Part shown: piece after piece, positions 16,508-25,886 of the stretch
Layout of the letters: every line of letters begins with the position of its first letter
How positions within the stretch are numbered: the stretch's first letter is position 1
NCBI GenBank assembly: GCA_040756875.1
Contig: JBFLYH010000003.1
Location: 320,001-384,000 of the forward strand
Direction: 5' to 3'
Length of the DNA: 64,000 bases
From: a candidate division FCPU426 bacterium
GTDB lineage: Bacteria; Oederibacteriota; JAAXVQ01; JAUVAV01
Notes under the pieces: model-generated
Told to the model about the DNA's origin: nothing
Seen by the model: only the letters and a program-made list of their open reading frames with translations
Database searches by the model: none
Translations under genes and position numbers: made by a program

Positions 16508-18232
16508 TCAGGATTTTGACTTGGATCCGGATTTGCGTTCGGATTTGCGGACGGTTTCCGCCTTGGGTTCGAGTGCCGGCGCAGCCGGAAGCGCCGGCAC
16601 GCTGGGCGTGGCCAGCACGGGCTTGGGGATGGGATGAGCCAGCCCGAACTCCGCGAAAATGGCGTCGATTTCGTCGTAGTCGAGCTCTTCTTTCTCAAGC
16701 AACGCCTTTACGAAGCGGTCCACGACTTTCCAATTCTTTTTCAACACCCGCGTGGTGTCGTCGCTGCATTCCCGCAGAATCCGCTCGGTTTCGGCGTTCA
16801 GGCGTTCCTTGAGGGATTCGGAAATCTGGCCTTCGGGCATCATGGAAAAATCACCTAGAAAACCGTTTCCGCCCATTCCCACTTTCCACACCATGTGATG
16901 GGCGATCGCCATGGCTTTCTGAAAATCCGCCGCAACGCCGGCGCTGGTAACGCCGAAGCGGAGTTTCTCAGCCATGTATCCAGCCAGCGCGGCCTTGATT
17001 TCGGCCATGGCCACTTCCCGGTCCTGGTTGTAGTATTCCTCGCGGGGCAAATGATGCACCACGCCCAGCGTGCCGCCGCGCGAGATGATGGAAGCCTTGA
17101 AAACGTCATCCTGCGGATGAAGAAGATAGAGAATGACCAGGTGCCCGGCTTCGTGGTAGGCCACCAGCTCCCTTTCGTGCGGTGTCATGGTCTTGCGATG
17201 CTCCACGCCCAACTCGATGCGCTCGATGGCTTTGATCATGTCAGCCAGCCCGATCTGCTCGCTCCCGCGGCGCATGGCGATCAAAGCGGATTCCTTGACC
17301 ACGCTCTCGATGTCCGCCGGGCTCTTGCCCACGGCCTTGCGGGCCAGGCGGCCGATATCCAGATCAGGATCATGTTGCACTTTGGCCAGATAGTAACGGA
17401 AAAGCTCCTCCCGTTCCTGCAGGTTGGGCTTGTCGATAAATATCTTGCGGTCAAAGCGGCCAGGGCGCATGAGCGCGGCGTCGAGCACATTTTCAGCAGC
17501 ATTGGTCGCGCCGATGACCACGATGTTGACGCCCCGGGATTCCAGGCCGTCCATTTCCACCAGCAACTGGTTCTGGGTGCTGTTGGTCTCTTCGCCGCCA
17601 CCCATGTAGCTGAAGGTCCGGCCACGGCCAATGACTTCGATTTCATCGATGAACACTATGCAGCAGCCTTCGGCGTAAGCCAGTTGCCGGGCTTGCTTGA
17701 AAAGTTTGCGCACGCGCGACGCGCCCACGCCCACGAAGACTTCCACGAATTCGGAGCCGGCCACGGACAGGAACGGCACCTTGGCTTCTGTGGCAATGGC
17801 CTTGGCCAGCAGGGTCTTGCCGCAGCCCGGCGGACCTACCAGCAGCAGCCCGCGGAGGATCTTGCCGCCGATCATTTTGAGCCGGGAGCGGTCACGGATC
17901 AACTGCACCACTTCCCAGGCTTCCCGCTTCGCCTGCTCCAGGCCGATGACATCCGTGAACTTGACACTCACGAACGCGGATTTGATCTTCTGCTTTTTCA
18001 TCTGGGAAAAACCGCCGCGGAACACGGTCATGTACAAATAAACGAAAACCACGGCATTGAGGGCGGTCATGAGTAATTGCAGCGGAAGAGTGGCCAGGGT
18101 CAGATTGAGGTAAAAGGATTCCAGCGAAGCCAGGCCGACAATCGTGAAAAAAATCAGCAGCACGACTGCGACGATGATCAGGATCCGGACCCAGTAATTC
18201 ATGAACCAGACTTTAATGCGTCGGTACAGCAT
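16508..18232 (-). CDS. ftsH: FtsH-like AAA+ zinc metalloprotease (peptidase M41)
   Basis: GPPGCGKT, FVG pore motif, VFIDE, LMRPGRFDR, HEAGH. Two closely spaced N-terminal TM helices. Confidence 0.85.
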   Translation of the reverse strand: MLYRRIKVWFMNYWVRILIIVAVVLLIFFTIVGLASLESFYLNLTLATLPLQLLMTALNAVVFVYLYMTVFRGGFSQMKKQKIKSAFVSVKFTDVIGLEQAKREAWEVVQLIRDRSRLKMIGGKILRGLLLVGPPGCGKTLLAKAIATEAKVPFLSVAGSEFVEVFVGVGASRVRKLFKQARQLAYAEGCCIVFIDEIEVIGRGRTFSYMGGGEETNSTQNQLLVEMDGLESRGVNIVVIGATNAAENVLDAALMRPGRFDRKIFIDKPNLQEREELFRYYLAKVQHDPDLDIGRLARKAVGKSPADIESVVKESALIAMRRGSEQIGLADMIKAIERIELGVEHRKTMTPHERELVAYHEAGHLVILYLLHPQDDVFKASIISRGGTLGVVHHLPREEYYNQDREVAMAEIKAALAGYMAEKLRFGVTSAGVAADFQKAMAIAHHMVWKVGMGGNGFLGDFSMMPEGQISESLKERLNAETERILRECSDDTTRVLKKNWKVVDRFVKALLEKEELDYDEIDAIFAEFGLAHPIPKPVLATPSVPALPAAPALEPKAETVRKSERKSGSKSKS

Positions 18233-18344
18233 GGAACAATCTCCCTCGGCTAAAAGGCCGTTTCAATCCGTTCTTAGACCCCGGGTTCAGCTGAACGGTC
18301 TTGGGAAAGCGGCCGGTGAAGGCCGGGTTCTACTGAAGGGTTTG

Positions 18345-18623
18345 TTAAGCCTCGACTTTGTGGGTGATGACCACTATTTTAATGGCGCTTTTGCGTTCGC
18401 CGTCCAATTCCAAATGCATGAATTCGGGCCTGAAGGTCAGCTCGATTTTATCGTCAGCCAGATAAGAGCGGGAAATGGTGATGGCTTTGATCGCCTGGTT
18501 CACGCTTTGCGGGCCCATGGCCACGACCTCGATGTCCTTGCCTTCCCGGATGTTATTGGCGATAGCCCCTGCGACCGTGGCGGGATTGCTCTTTCCGGCG
18601 ACTTTCAACGTGAGGAGTGGCAT
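18345..18623 (-). CDS. spoVS: Stage V sporulation protein S family (Alba-like fold)
   Basis: LKVAGKSNPATVAGAIA, AMGPQSVNQAIKAI, ERKSAIK. AAGGAG SD. Confidence 0.92.
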   Translation of the reverse strand: MPLLTLKVAGKSNPATVAGAIANNIREGKDIEVVAMGPQSVNQAIKAITISRSYLADDKIELTFRPEFMHLELDGERKSAIKIVVITHKVEA

Positions 18624-18689
18624 GGTGGCATGTCTCCTTTGCGGCGTTTCCCTGTTCGGGTCCACCCAGCATGGGCTTCGTATTATTTA

Positions 18690-18718
18690 AGTATAGCACA
18701 CGGGGAGGGGCTTTTCAA
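18690..18718 (-). promoter_or_regulatory. sigma70-type promoter of spoVS
   Basis: TTGAAA, 17 bp, TATACT with TG extension. Confidence 0.7.
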
Positions 18719-19566
18719 TTTCGCTTCTTGGCCAGAATATGCGCCAGGGCATAGACCTCGGACCGCGGCAACCCTAATTTTCGGGCGATTTGGGCTGCTG
18801 CTTGATTCAGGGATAGGCCTTCAGCCTCCAGGCGCCGTAGCTGTTCCGCGATGCCGACCTCTTCGGTCCGGCGCGCTTCCTGGGCCCCGGCCAGAACGAG
18901 GGTGTACTCCCCTTGGGTTTTCCGTTTGGCCAGGGCACCCAGCTCCGAAAGGGGGGCGCGCTGGAATTCCTCGTATTTTTTAGTCATTTCCCGGCACAAA
19001 GCAGCCCGGCGGTCTCCAAAAACCGCCAGCATTTGTTCAAGGGTCTCGACCAGGCGATGGGGAGACACGAAGAATACCAGAGTTTCCTGGCGGTCCTTCA
19101 GGTCTGAAAACCAGCGCTGTTGGGCGCTGGCTTTGGCCGGTGGATAGCCGAAAAAGGCAAACATCTCCATGGGCAGGCCCGACCCCACCAGGGCGGTCAG
19201 CAAGGCCGAGGCGCCGGGAACAACTTCAACCGGCAGGGAGAGCCGCAAGGCCTCGGCCAACAGCCAGTATCCCGGGTCGGAAATGCCCGGCGTGCCGGCG
19301 TCCGTCACCAGGGCCAGGTTTTGTCCGGCGGTCAGCTGCCGCAGCAAGGCCGGCGTGCGCTGGTGCTCGTTGTCCTTGTGGTAGCTTTCCAGGGGGCGTT
19401 GGATGTTATAGTGGTCGAGCAAAATGCGGGTGCGGCGGGTGTCCTCGGCCAGGATCACATCCGCGGTCTGCAATTTTTTCAGGGCCCGCAGCGTGATGTC
19501 TTCAAGATTGCCGATGGGCGTGGCGATGAGGCTGAGCGTTCCCGGGGCGCCTTCCGCTGCGCTCAT
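18715..19566 (-). CDS. rsmI: 16S rRNA C1402 2'-O-methyltransferase
   Basis: ATPIGNLEDITLRA, AEDTRRT, DAGTPGISDPG, REMTKKYEE. Confidence 0.95.
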   Translation of the reverse strand: MSAAEGAPGTLSLIATPIGNLEDITLRALKKLQTADVILAEDTRRTRILLDHYNIQRPLESYHKDNEHQRTPALLRQLTAGQNLALVTDAGTPGISDPGYWLLAEALRLSLPVEVVPGASALLTALVGSGLPMEMFAFFGYPPAKASAQQRWFSDLKDRQETLVFFVSPHRLVETLEQMLAVFGDRRAALCREMTKKYEEFQRAPLSELGALAKRKTQGEYTLVLAGAQEARRTEEVGIAEQLRRLEAEGLSLNQAAAQIARKLGLPRSEVYALAHILAKKRN

Positions 19567-20051
19567 GGCCGGGGCGTTGGAGACGCGGCGCGCCGTTGCA
19601 ATTGCTTCAGGGTTGCTGCCAGCAGGCCTTCCATTTTATCCAATTCGCCGGGTTGGAGTTCCTGGCCTTCGGCGATTTCCTTCACCACCTGGACGTAGAA
19701 GAGCAACTGGCCGCCGTTCTGGCGGTCCAGGCGGTCCAGCGCCCGCATCATCCGGCTGACCTCGTCCAGCATCCGGCGCAGCCGTTCCCCGTCCGCCTGG
19801 GTGAATTTGCCCTGGTTGCGCTCCAGGCTGCGCCGGGCTTCATCCACATTGGTGGTTAGGGTGACCTTGATGAACTTGGCCTGATTGGCGCGGACGAAAA
19901 CGACCGTTGTCGCGCCCAAGGCCGCCAGACCCAGGATGACGGCCAACAGCCAGCCCCAATGCGTCCCGCGCGAAATCCGCGCCGGGACACCGCGGACGGC
20001 GTTCCGGGACTCTTCCCGTTGCTGCTGGCGCATCCGCTGTTTCCTGCCCAT
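19563..20051 (-). CDS. Hypothetical single-pass membrane protein
   Basis: Basic N-terminus, one hydrophobic helix, helical C-domain. ATGA overlap with rsmI. Confidence 0.65.
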   Translation of the reverse strand: MGRKQRMRQQQREESRNAVRGVPARISRGTHWGWLLAVILGLAALGATTVVFVRANQAKFIKVTLTTNVDEARRSLERNQGKFTQADGERLRRMLDEVSRMMRALDRLDRQNGGQLLFYVQVVKEIAEGQELQPGELDKMEGLLAATLKQLQRRAASPTPRP

Positions 20052-20094
20052 CAGGTTCTTCCTCCCGCTTCCACGGCGCTGGCCGAGTTCCTTT

Positions 20095-21315
20095 TCAAAA
20101 CGTTCCGCCGCGCGGCACGTAAGCGCGCTGGTTGTCCGGAATCGGCGCCGGCTGCCTGAGCCCCGCGGATTCGCGGATACGGTGGTATACCCACCGGAGT
20201 TTCTCCTCGTGTACGCCCAAGCGCTGCAAATGGGAAAGGGAAACCCTCACGTCCAATACCTGGTAAAGGTAATAATCGATTTCCTTCCAGGCCCGAACGG
20301 TCGTTCGGCCGTTTCCGGGCTGTTGGGCGTGATCGGTCACTACCCGCGGCACATTGAGGGCGCGCGCCAGTTCCAAAACCTGGCTCTGATAGAGGTCGCC
20401 CAGCAGGTTGAAATCGCAAGCCAATTCGGCGTGGCGGCCCAATCCGCCCACCCAGCATTTGGTTTTGTTTACACTGCCCGCGACCAAGGCTTTCCGGTGC
20501 TGGGCTTGATGGTAGAGATAAGCCGCGCGCAAGCGCGCGACCTGCGGCTGGCGTTCCGAAGACGAAAGCCGCTCCCAGTCGGGCATGCCTGCATGCAGCA
20601 CAGGACGCAGATCGTGAATGTCCAGGGGGCTCTTGAGAAAACGGGCCACCAACCCGGCCCGGCCCCGGTCCTGGTTGGACCGTTCTCCTTCCGCATAAAA
20701 AACCATATGCACCCGCTCCCGGCCGAGGGCTTCGACCAGGAGGTTAGCGGCCACGGCTGAATCCAGGCCACCGGACAACCCCAAAACCACGTTCCGCACC
20801 CCGGCGCGCTCCATCTGCTCCTGGATGAACTGTATAAGGGACGCCCGCGCCTGTCCGGAATCCAAGCCGGGAAACTTTAAGGTTTTGATATCGCCTTCCA
20901 AGCGCGAACTTTCGAACCAGGCGGGAATGGATCCCGCGGACTCAGCGCGGGGTTCTGAAGCCTGGGCAGCGGCAGGCCGGTGAGTGGGTTCGATCGCCGG
21001 CGCCACGGCCGGTTCCATTGCCGCTACCGCAGACGCCTCGGCGGGCATCGTTTCGGCAATCTCCGGCGTTGGTTCGGGTTCGGGTTCGGATTCCGGCTCC
21101 AAAACAGATTCCGGATCCTGGACGAACCCGGGTTCCTGCGTTGAAACCGGTTGTTCGGTTGATTCCGTGGTCTGCCCGTCGACTGCCGTCATGCCGGCCG
21201 CAAGGGTACGGGGCCTGCGGCGGCCTCTGCCTCCCCGCCGGCGCCGGCGCCGGGGGCGGTGCGGTTTGTCCGTAGTTGCGGGTGTTTCAGGTCCGATAAT
21301 CGGTGTCTCGTCCAT
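20095..21315 (-). CDS. NAD+ synthetase (NadE)-like protein, degenerate, with long disordered N-terminus
   Basis: VVLGLSGGLDSAV PP-loop, ARLRAAYLY, NLLGDLY retained. About 140-aa Arg-rich then Pro/Glu-rich extension. Confidence 0.75.
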   Translation of the reverse strand: MDETPIIGPETPATTDKPHRPRRRRRRGGRGRRRPRTLAAGMTAVDGQTTESTEQPVSTQEPGFVQDPESVLEPESEPEPEPTPEIAETMPAEASAVAAMEPAVAPAIEPTHRPAAAQASEPRAESAGSIPAWFESSRLEGDIKTLKFPGLDSGQARASLIQFIQEQMERAGVRNVVLGLSGGLDSAVAANLLVEALGRERVHMVFYAEGERSNQDRGRAGLVARFLKSPLDIHDLRPVLHAGMPDWERLSSSERQPQVARLRAAYLYHQAQHRKALVAGSVNKTKCWVGGLGRHAELACDFNLLGDLYQSQVLELARALNVPRVVTDHAQQPGNGRTTVRAWKEIDYYLYQVLDVRVSLSHLQRLGVHEEKLRWVYHRIRESAGLRQPAPIPDNQRAYVPRGGTF

Positions 21316-21324
21316 AGGCTCCTG

Positions 21325-22209
21325 TCAGTATCCCAAGCTGGCCAGCGTTTCCAGATTCTTGCGCGCAGTGTCTCCGGCTGGATCGTGCTTGGGAATTTTT
21401 TCCCATTCCAGGCGCGCCTGCAGAAAACGCCCCACTTGGAAATACGCGGTTCCCCATCCCAGATGGGCTGCCGCTAAGGCCGGATCGATCGTCACCGCCT
21501 GTTCAAAGGCGGCCATGGCGTCCTCGAGGCGGCCGATTTTGAGATACACATTTCCCAGGTTGTTGTACGCAGTGGCGCTGCGCGGATTCAGGCGCAGGGT
21601 CTGCTGGAATTCATTGAGCGCCTCGGCGTATTTTCCCTGCTTGTAATACACCTGCCCCAGCGCCTGCCTGGCTTCGGTGTCGCGCGGCTGCTCCTGGGTC
21701 AGGCGTTGGTACTGTGCTTCGGCCTTATCGTCTTCCCCCCGGTCGGAATAAAGCTTGGCCAGTTGGGCCGAAGCGCCGGCGTGCTGGGGATTGAGTTTCA
21801 GCGCCTTCTGCCAGGCTTCATAGGCGTCGGTTACCTTGCCTTCGGCGTGGTACGCCTCTCCGCTGCGGAAATAAGCGTCCGCCAGGCGCGCGGCGACTTC
21901 TGAATCGGCCCCCGCGTTCTGATAGGCTTTTTCCAAAGCCTGCGCCGCTTCCGCTGTCAGGCCCTTGCGTTCCAAGGCCGAGGCCAATCCCAGATACACT
22001 TCGGCCCGCTTGGGTTCCTCCTCGGCCGCCTGATAATATGCGGCGATGGCTTCATCCCAGCGGGACTCGCTTTCCAGGGCCTGGGCGTGACGGAAATGGC
22101 CTCCCACCGAGGCGCACCCCAGCCATACACCGGGCGTAAATAAAACCGCAAGCATCCACCAGCGGCCGGGGAACCTATTCGGGAGGGAACTATCCATCGA
22201 CTGGATCAT
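21325..22209 (-). CDS. TPR-repeat protein, probable lipoprotein
   Basis: Multiple TPR units (AYNNLGNVY etc.), WLG-C lipobox-like site. Upstream TTGACA-17-TACGGT argues for a start at 22209 or 22197. Confidence 0.82.
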   Translation of the reverse strand: MIQSMDSSLPNRFPGRWWMLAVLFTPGVWLGCASVGGHFRHAQALESESRWDEAIAAYYQAAEEEPKRAEVYLGLASALERKGLTAEAAQALEKAYQNAGADSEVAARLADAYFRSGEAYHAEGKVTDAYEAWQKALKLNPQHAGASAQLAKLYSDRGEDDKAEAQYQRLTQEQPRDTEARQALGQVYYKQGKYAEALNEFQQTLRLNPRSATAYNNLGNVYLKIGRLEDAMAAFEQAVTIDPALAAAHLGWGTAYFQVGRFLQARLEWEKIPKHDPAGDTARKNLETLASLGY

Positions 22210-22244
22210 TGCGGCTCTTACCGTAGCAAATCCGCCCACCCTTG

Positions 22245-23231
22245 TCAAGCTGGCGGCGTCTCCAGGCCCGCCCCGGTTTTAGCCAGCGCAGCCACCCAGG
22301 CGAGGAAGGCTTCCTCGTCCTCGCACTGGTTGAGCCGGCGCCGGTATTCCGCGCTGTGGGACTGGCCGCGCAGGTACCAGGCGCCGTGTTTGCGCATTTC
22401 CAGGCGGGCCGTACGCTCCCCTTTCAGAGACTGCAGCCCGCGGTAATGCTCCAAAATGAGGCGAGCGCGCGCCGCCATGTCCGGTTCGGGGAGGGTTTCT
22501 CCCGTGGCTAGAAAATGGTTGATATGGGCGAACACCCAGGGCCGGCCGAGCGCGCCCCGTCCGACCATGACCGCCGCACACCCGGTTTCATCCAGCATCC
22601 GGCGCGCTTCCGCGCCGGTCGTCACGTCCCCGTTGCCGATCACGGGCAGTCGCACGGTCCGCACCACGTCGGCGATGATCTCCCAGCGGGCCCGTCCTTC
22701 GAATTTTTGGCTTCGGGTCCGGGCGTGCACGGTCAGCGCGGCCGCGCCGGCCGCCTCCACCCGCTTGGCGATTTCCGTCGCGTTCACCTGGTTTTCATCC
22801 CAACCGGCGCGGATCTTGACCGTCACCGGACGCGGCGATTTTTTCACGCAAGCCGCCACGACAGCTTCGAGCAGCTCCGGTTCCTTCAACAGCGCGGAAC
22901 CGCCGCGATGCCTCACTACTTTGGGCACCGGACAGCCGAAGTTGAGATCCACCACATCCGCGCCCGCGTCGGCCAGGCGCAGGCTGGCTTCAGCCATGAC
23001 TTCGGGGTCCGCGCCGAAAAGCTGGAACGACACCGGCTTCTCCCGGGGGTCGGTCGCGAGCATTTTCAGGGTCTGCGGCTGGCGGCGCACCAGGCCGTGG
23101 CAGCTGACCATCTCCGTGCAGACCAGGGCCGCGCCGAAACGCCGGCACATCAGCCGAAACGGCAGGTTGCCGATGCCGGCCAAGGGCGCCAAAATCGCCT
23201 GCCCCTGGATCTCGACGTCGCCGATCCGCAT
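22245..23231 (-). CDS. dusB: tRNA dihydrouridine synthase
   Basis: LAPLAG, TEMVS, DLNFGCPV, GGSALL, VHARTR, GNGDV, GRGALGRPW. Confidence 0.93.
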   Translation of the reverse strand: MRIGDVEIQGQAILAPLAGIGNLPFRLMCRRFGAALVCTEMVSCHGLVRRQPQTLKMLATDPREKPVSFQLFGADPEVMAEASLRLADAGADVVDLNFGCPVPKVVRHRGGSALLKEPELLEAVVAACVKKSPRPVTVKIRAGWDENQVNATEIAKRVEAAGAAALTVHARTRSQKFEGRARWEIIADVVRTVRLPVIGNGDVTTGAEARRMLDETGCAAVMVGRGALGRPWVFAHINHFLATGETLPEPDMAARARLILEHYRGLQSLKGERTARLEMRKHGAWYLRGQSHSAEYRRRLNQCEDEEAFLAWVAALAKTGAGLETPPA

Positions 23232-23233
23232 AC

Positions 23234-24268
23234 TTACGCTCCCTCGGGGCTCAAATCCAGCTGCGGCACGGCCGGCAGGTCCCAGGGCGAGCGCTCGCCG
23301 GCCGCCAGACGGCGGCTGCCGGCGGCTGCGATCATGGCCGCGTTGTCCGTGCACCATTCGCGCGGCGGGCAGATGAATTCCAAGCCGCGTTCAGCAGCCG
23401 CGGCCGCGAAGGCTTCGCGTAGCGGCCGGTTGGCCGCCACGCCGCCGGTGAGCAGAACCGCACGCACGCCGGTGCGTTCGGCTGTCGCCAGGGTTTTCTG
23501 CAGCAGGTCTTCGACGACGGTGCGTTGGAAGGCATCGGCCACGGCCGCGGCCGAAACCGGTTCGCCGGTTTCCTGCCGGCGCGCCAGCAACACGCGCACC
23601 GCGGTCTTCAGGCCGGAATACGAGAAATCCGCCGACCCGTCCTTCATGCGCGGCAGGGTGAAAAGCGGCAGCGCCGCCGGGGCGCTTTCGCGCGCCGCGC
23701 GCTCGATCGACGGCCCTCCCGGATACGCCAGTCCCAGGAGCTTGGCGACTTTGTCGAAGGCTTCGCCGACCGCGTCATCCCGCGTGCGGGCCAGAAGCCG
23801 GTAGGCCGGCACCTGCCGCCGGTCGATCAGAAACAAGCTGGTGTGTCCGCCTGAGGCGACGAGTCCCAGGCAGGGGTCGGGCAAGGGGGAGCGGTTGAGC
23901 TCCGCGGCCAGCAAATGTCCCTCCAGATGGTTGACGCCGATGAAAGGCAGCCCGCGCCCAAAGGCAGCGGCTTTGGCCCAGGCCAGACCCACCAGCAACG
24001 CACCCATGAGGCCTGGTCCGTGCGTCGCCGCCACCGCATCCACGTCCTGCCAGGAGGCATTTGCCTGCCGCAAGGCTTCGGCTGCGACGCCGGGCAGGTG
24101 ATGCAAGTGCTGGCGCGAGGCGAGTTCCGGCACCACGCCGCCGAACGGCGCATGGACCGCGAGCTGCGAGGCCACGACCGAAGAACGCACCTTAAGCTCG
24201 CCCCGTTCAGCGGCCACCAGGGCGGCTGCGGTCTCATCGCAGGAAGTTTCAATGCCTAAAACCAACAT
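23234..24268 (-). CDS. tsaD: t6A synthesis protein TsaD
   Basis: LGIETSCDET, GGVVPELASRQH, NHLEGH, SGGHT, DDAVGEAFDK, TDNAAMIA. Confidence 0.97.
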   Translation of the reverse strand: MLVLGIETSCDETAAALVAAERGELKVRSSVVASQLAVHAPFGGVVPELASRQHLHHLPGVAAEALRQANASWQDVDAVAATHGPGLMGALLVGLAWAKAAAFGRGLPFIGVNHLEGHLLAAELNRSPLPDPCLGLVASGGHTSLFLIDRRQVPAYRLLARTRDDAVGEAFDKVAKLLGLAYPGGPSIERAARESAPAALPLFTLPRMKDGSADFSYSGLKTAVRVLLARRQETGEPVSAAAVADAFQRTVVEDLLQKTLATAERTGVRAVLLTGGVAANRPLREAFAAAAAERGLEFICPPREWCTDNAAMIAAAGSRRLAAGERSPWDLPAVPQLDLSPEGA

Positions 24269-24354
24269 CTCGGGTTCCTCTCGGAGGGTACAGTCGGAGA
24301 TTGACGGGGAGGAGCCGGCCTCCGGCGCCATTTGGCGCCGGAGGCCGGTGGACA

Positions 24355-25863
24355 TTAATGCGACATTTGCAAAATCTTGATGGCGTCCTTAGCGCGCTGC
24401 ACCTGGGGGTCGATTTCGAGTTTCAGCCGGCGCGCCGCTTTAACGCCTTCCAGCTTCTCGGCGATCTCCTGGCGCACTTCCCCCAGGATAAACCGCAGGT
24501 CTTCGTTCCACTGGACGGTGTTGATTTCGACGTTCTGTTCCTTGAGCCACTGCTGGAGGGCGTCGGCCAGCAGCTCGTCGTTGGTTTTCGGTTTGAGCTT
24601 GCTCCAGGATTTTTCGGAAACCTTGACGGCTTCGTGATTCTCCTGCGCCTCTTCCCCTTTAGGATGGCGTTTCAGATAATAGAGGGCGAATTCCTTGAAA
24701 TACCCGCTACTGCGCATTTTCAGCATGAACTCGTTGGGTTCGAAGGGATCCACGGTCAAATCCGGCGTGATGCCGTTGCCGTGAATCAGCTGGCCTTTGG
24801 GAGTCAGATACCTCGCAGTGGTGATGCGCAGGGCCGAGCCGTCGCCCAGGGGGATGATGGTCTGAACCGAGCCTTTGCCGAAGGTCTTTTGGCCCACGAT
24901 CACGCCCAGGTTCCAATCCTGGACCGCGCCCGCGACGATTTCGGAAGCCGAGGCCGATCCGGCGTTGACCAGCAGGGTCAAAGGCACGGCTTTCATGGGC
25001 CTCAGGGCCGAGGAAAAGAACCGTATGTTTTGCGACTTGTGCCGGCCTTCGGTATAGACGATCAGCTTGCCCTGGGGCACGAAGTACTCGGCGATTTCAG
25101 CGGCCATGTTCAGGAGCCCGCCGGGATTGTTGCGCAAATCCACGATCAGGCCCTTCATGTTCTGGGATTCCAGGGCCCGCAAGGCCTGGTTGAAATCCTC
25201 GCCCGTGCGTTCCATGAATTCGGTGATGCGGATGTAGCCGATTTGGTCGGACAGCATGTCGTAACGGATGGACTGGATTTTGATGATGTCCCGGATCAGG
25301 GGCACGTCGAACCAGTCCACGGTTCCCCGGCGGCGGATGGTGATCACGCATTTGGTGCCCTTGGGTCCGCGCATTTTATGCACCGCGTCCAGAATGGTGA
25401 TGCCCTCGGTGCTTTCACCGTCGATCTTCATGATCTCGTCGCCGGGCTGGATGCCGGCGCGCTCGGCGGGCGTGCCGTCGATCGGCGAGATGATCGTCAG
25501 CTGGCTGTTGCGGATGGCGATTTCAATCCCCAGGCCGCCGAAACTGCCCCGGGTGTCCTCCCGCATGTCCTGGTAGCTCTGGGGGTCCATGAACTGGCTG
25601 TAGGGATCCAGTTCGTTCACCATGCCCTTGATCGCGCCGTAGACGAGGTCTTTCTGGTTGATTTTCTCCACGTCCACGTAATTGTTCTTGATCAAGGCCA
25701 TGGATTGGATCAGCGGCCGGAGGCTTTCATAACTGTCTTCGGTGAGATTGACATCCTCCCCGGCGGAACGCGAGGCGCCGGAGAGCCAGCCCCCGAAAAA
25801 CCCCATCAGGGTGATGAACAAAACCAGAGTGGTGGTCCAGATGGCTTTCTTGAGATTGAACAT
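24355..25863 (-). CDS. ctpA: S41 carboxy-terminal processing protease with PDZ domain
   Basis: LDPYS, FGGLGIEI, DLRNNPGG, SASASEI, TFGKGSVQ. Confidence 0.92.
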   Translation of the reverse strand: MFNLKKAIWTTTLVLFITLMGFFGGWLSGASRSAGEDVNLTEDSYESLRPLIQSMALIKNNYVDVEKINQKDLVYGAIKGMVNELDPYSQFMDPQSYQDMREDTRGSFGGLGIEIAIRNSQLTIISPIDGTPAERAGIQPGDEIMKIDGESTEGITILDAVHKMRGPKGTKCVITIRRRGTVDWFDVPLIRDIIKIQSIRYDMLSDQIGYIRITEFMERTGEDFNQALRALESQNMKGLIVDLRNNPGGLLNMAAEIAEYFVPQGKLIVYTEGRHKSQNIRFFSSALRPMKAVPLTLLVNAGSASASEIVAGAVQDWNLGVIVGQKTFGKGSVQTIIPLGDGSALRITTARYLTPKGQLIHGNGITPDLTVDPFEPNEFMLKMRSSGYFKEFALYYLKRHPKGEEAQENHEAVKVSEKSWSKLKPKTNDELLADALQQWLKEQNVEINTVQWNEDLRFILGEVRQEIAEKLEGVKAARRLKLEIDPQVQRAKDAIKILQMSH

Positions 25864-25886
25864 GCGACAATGACCTCCTCGGCGGC

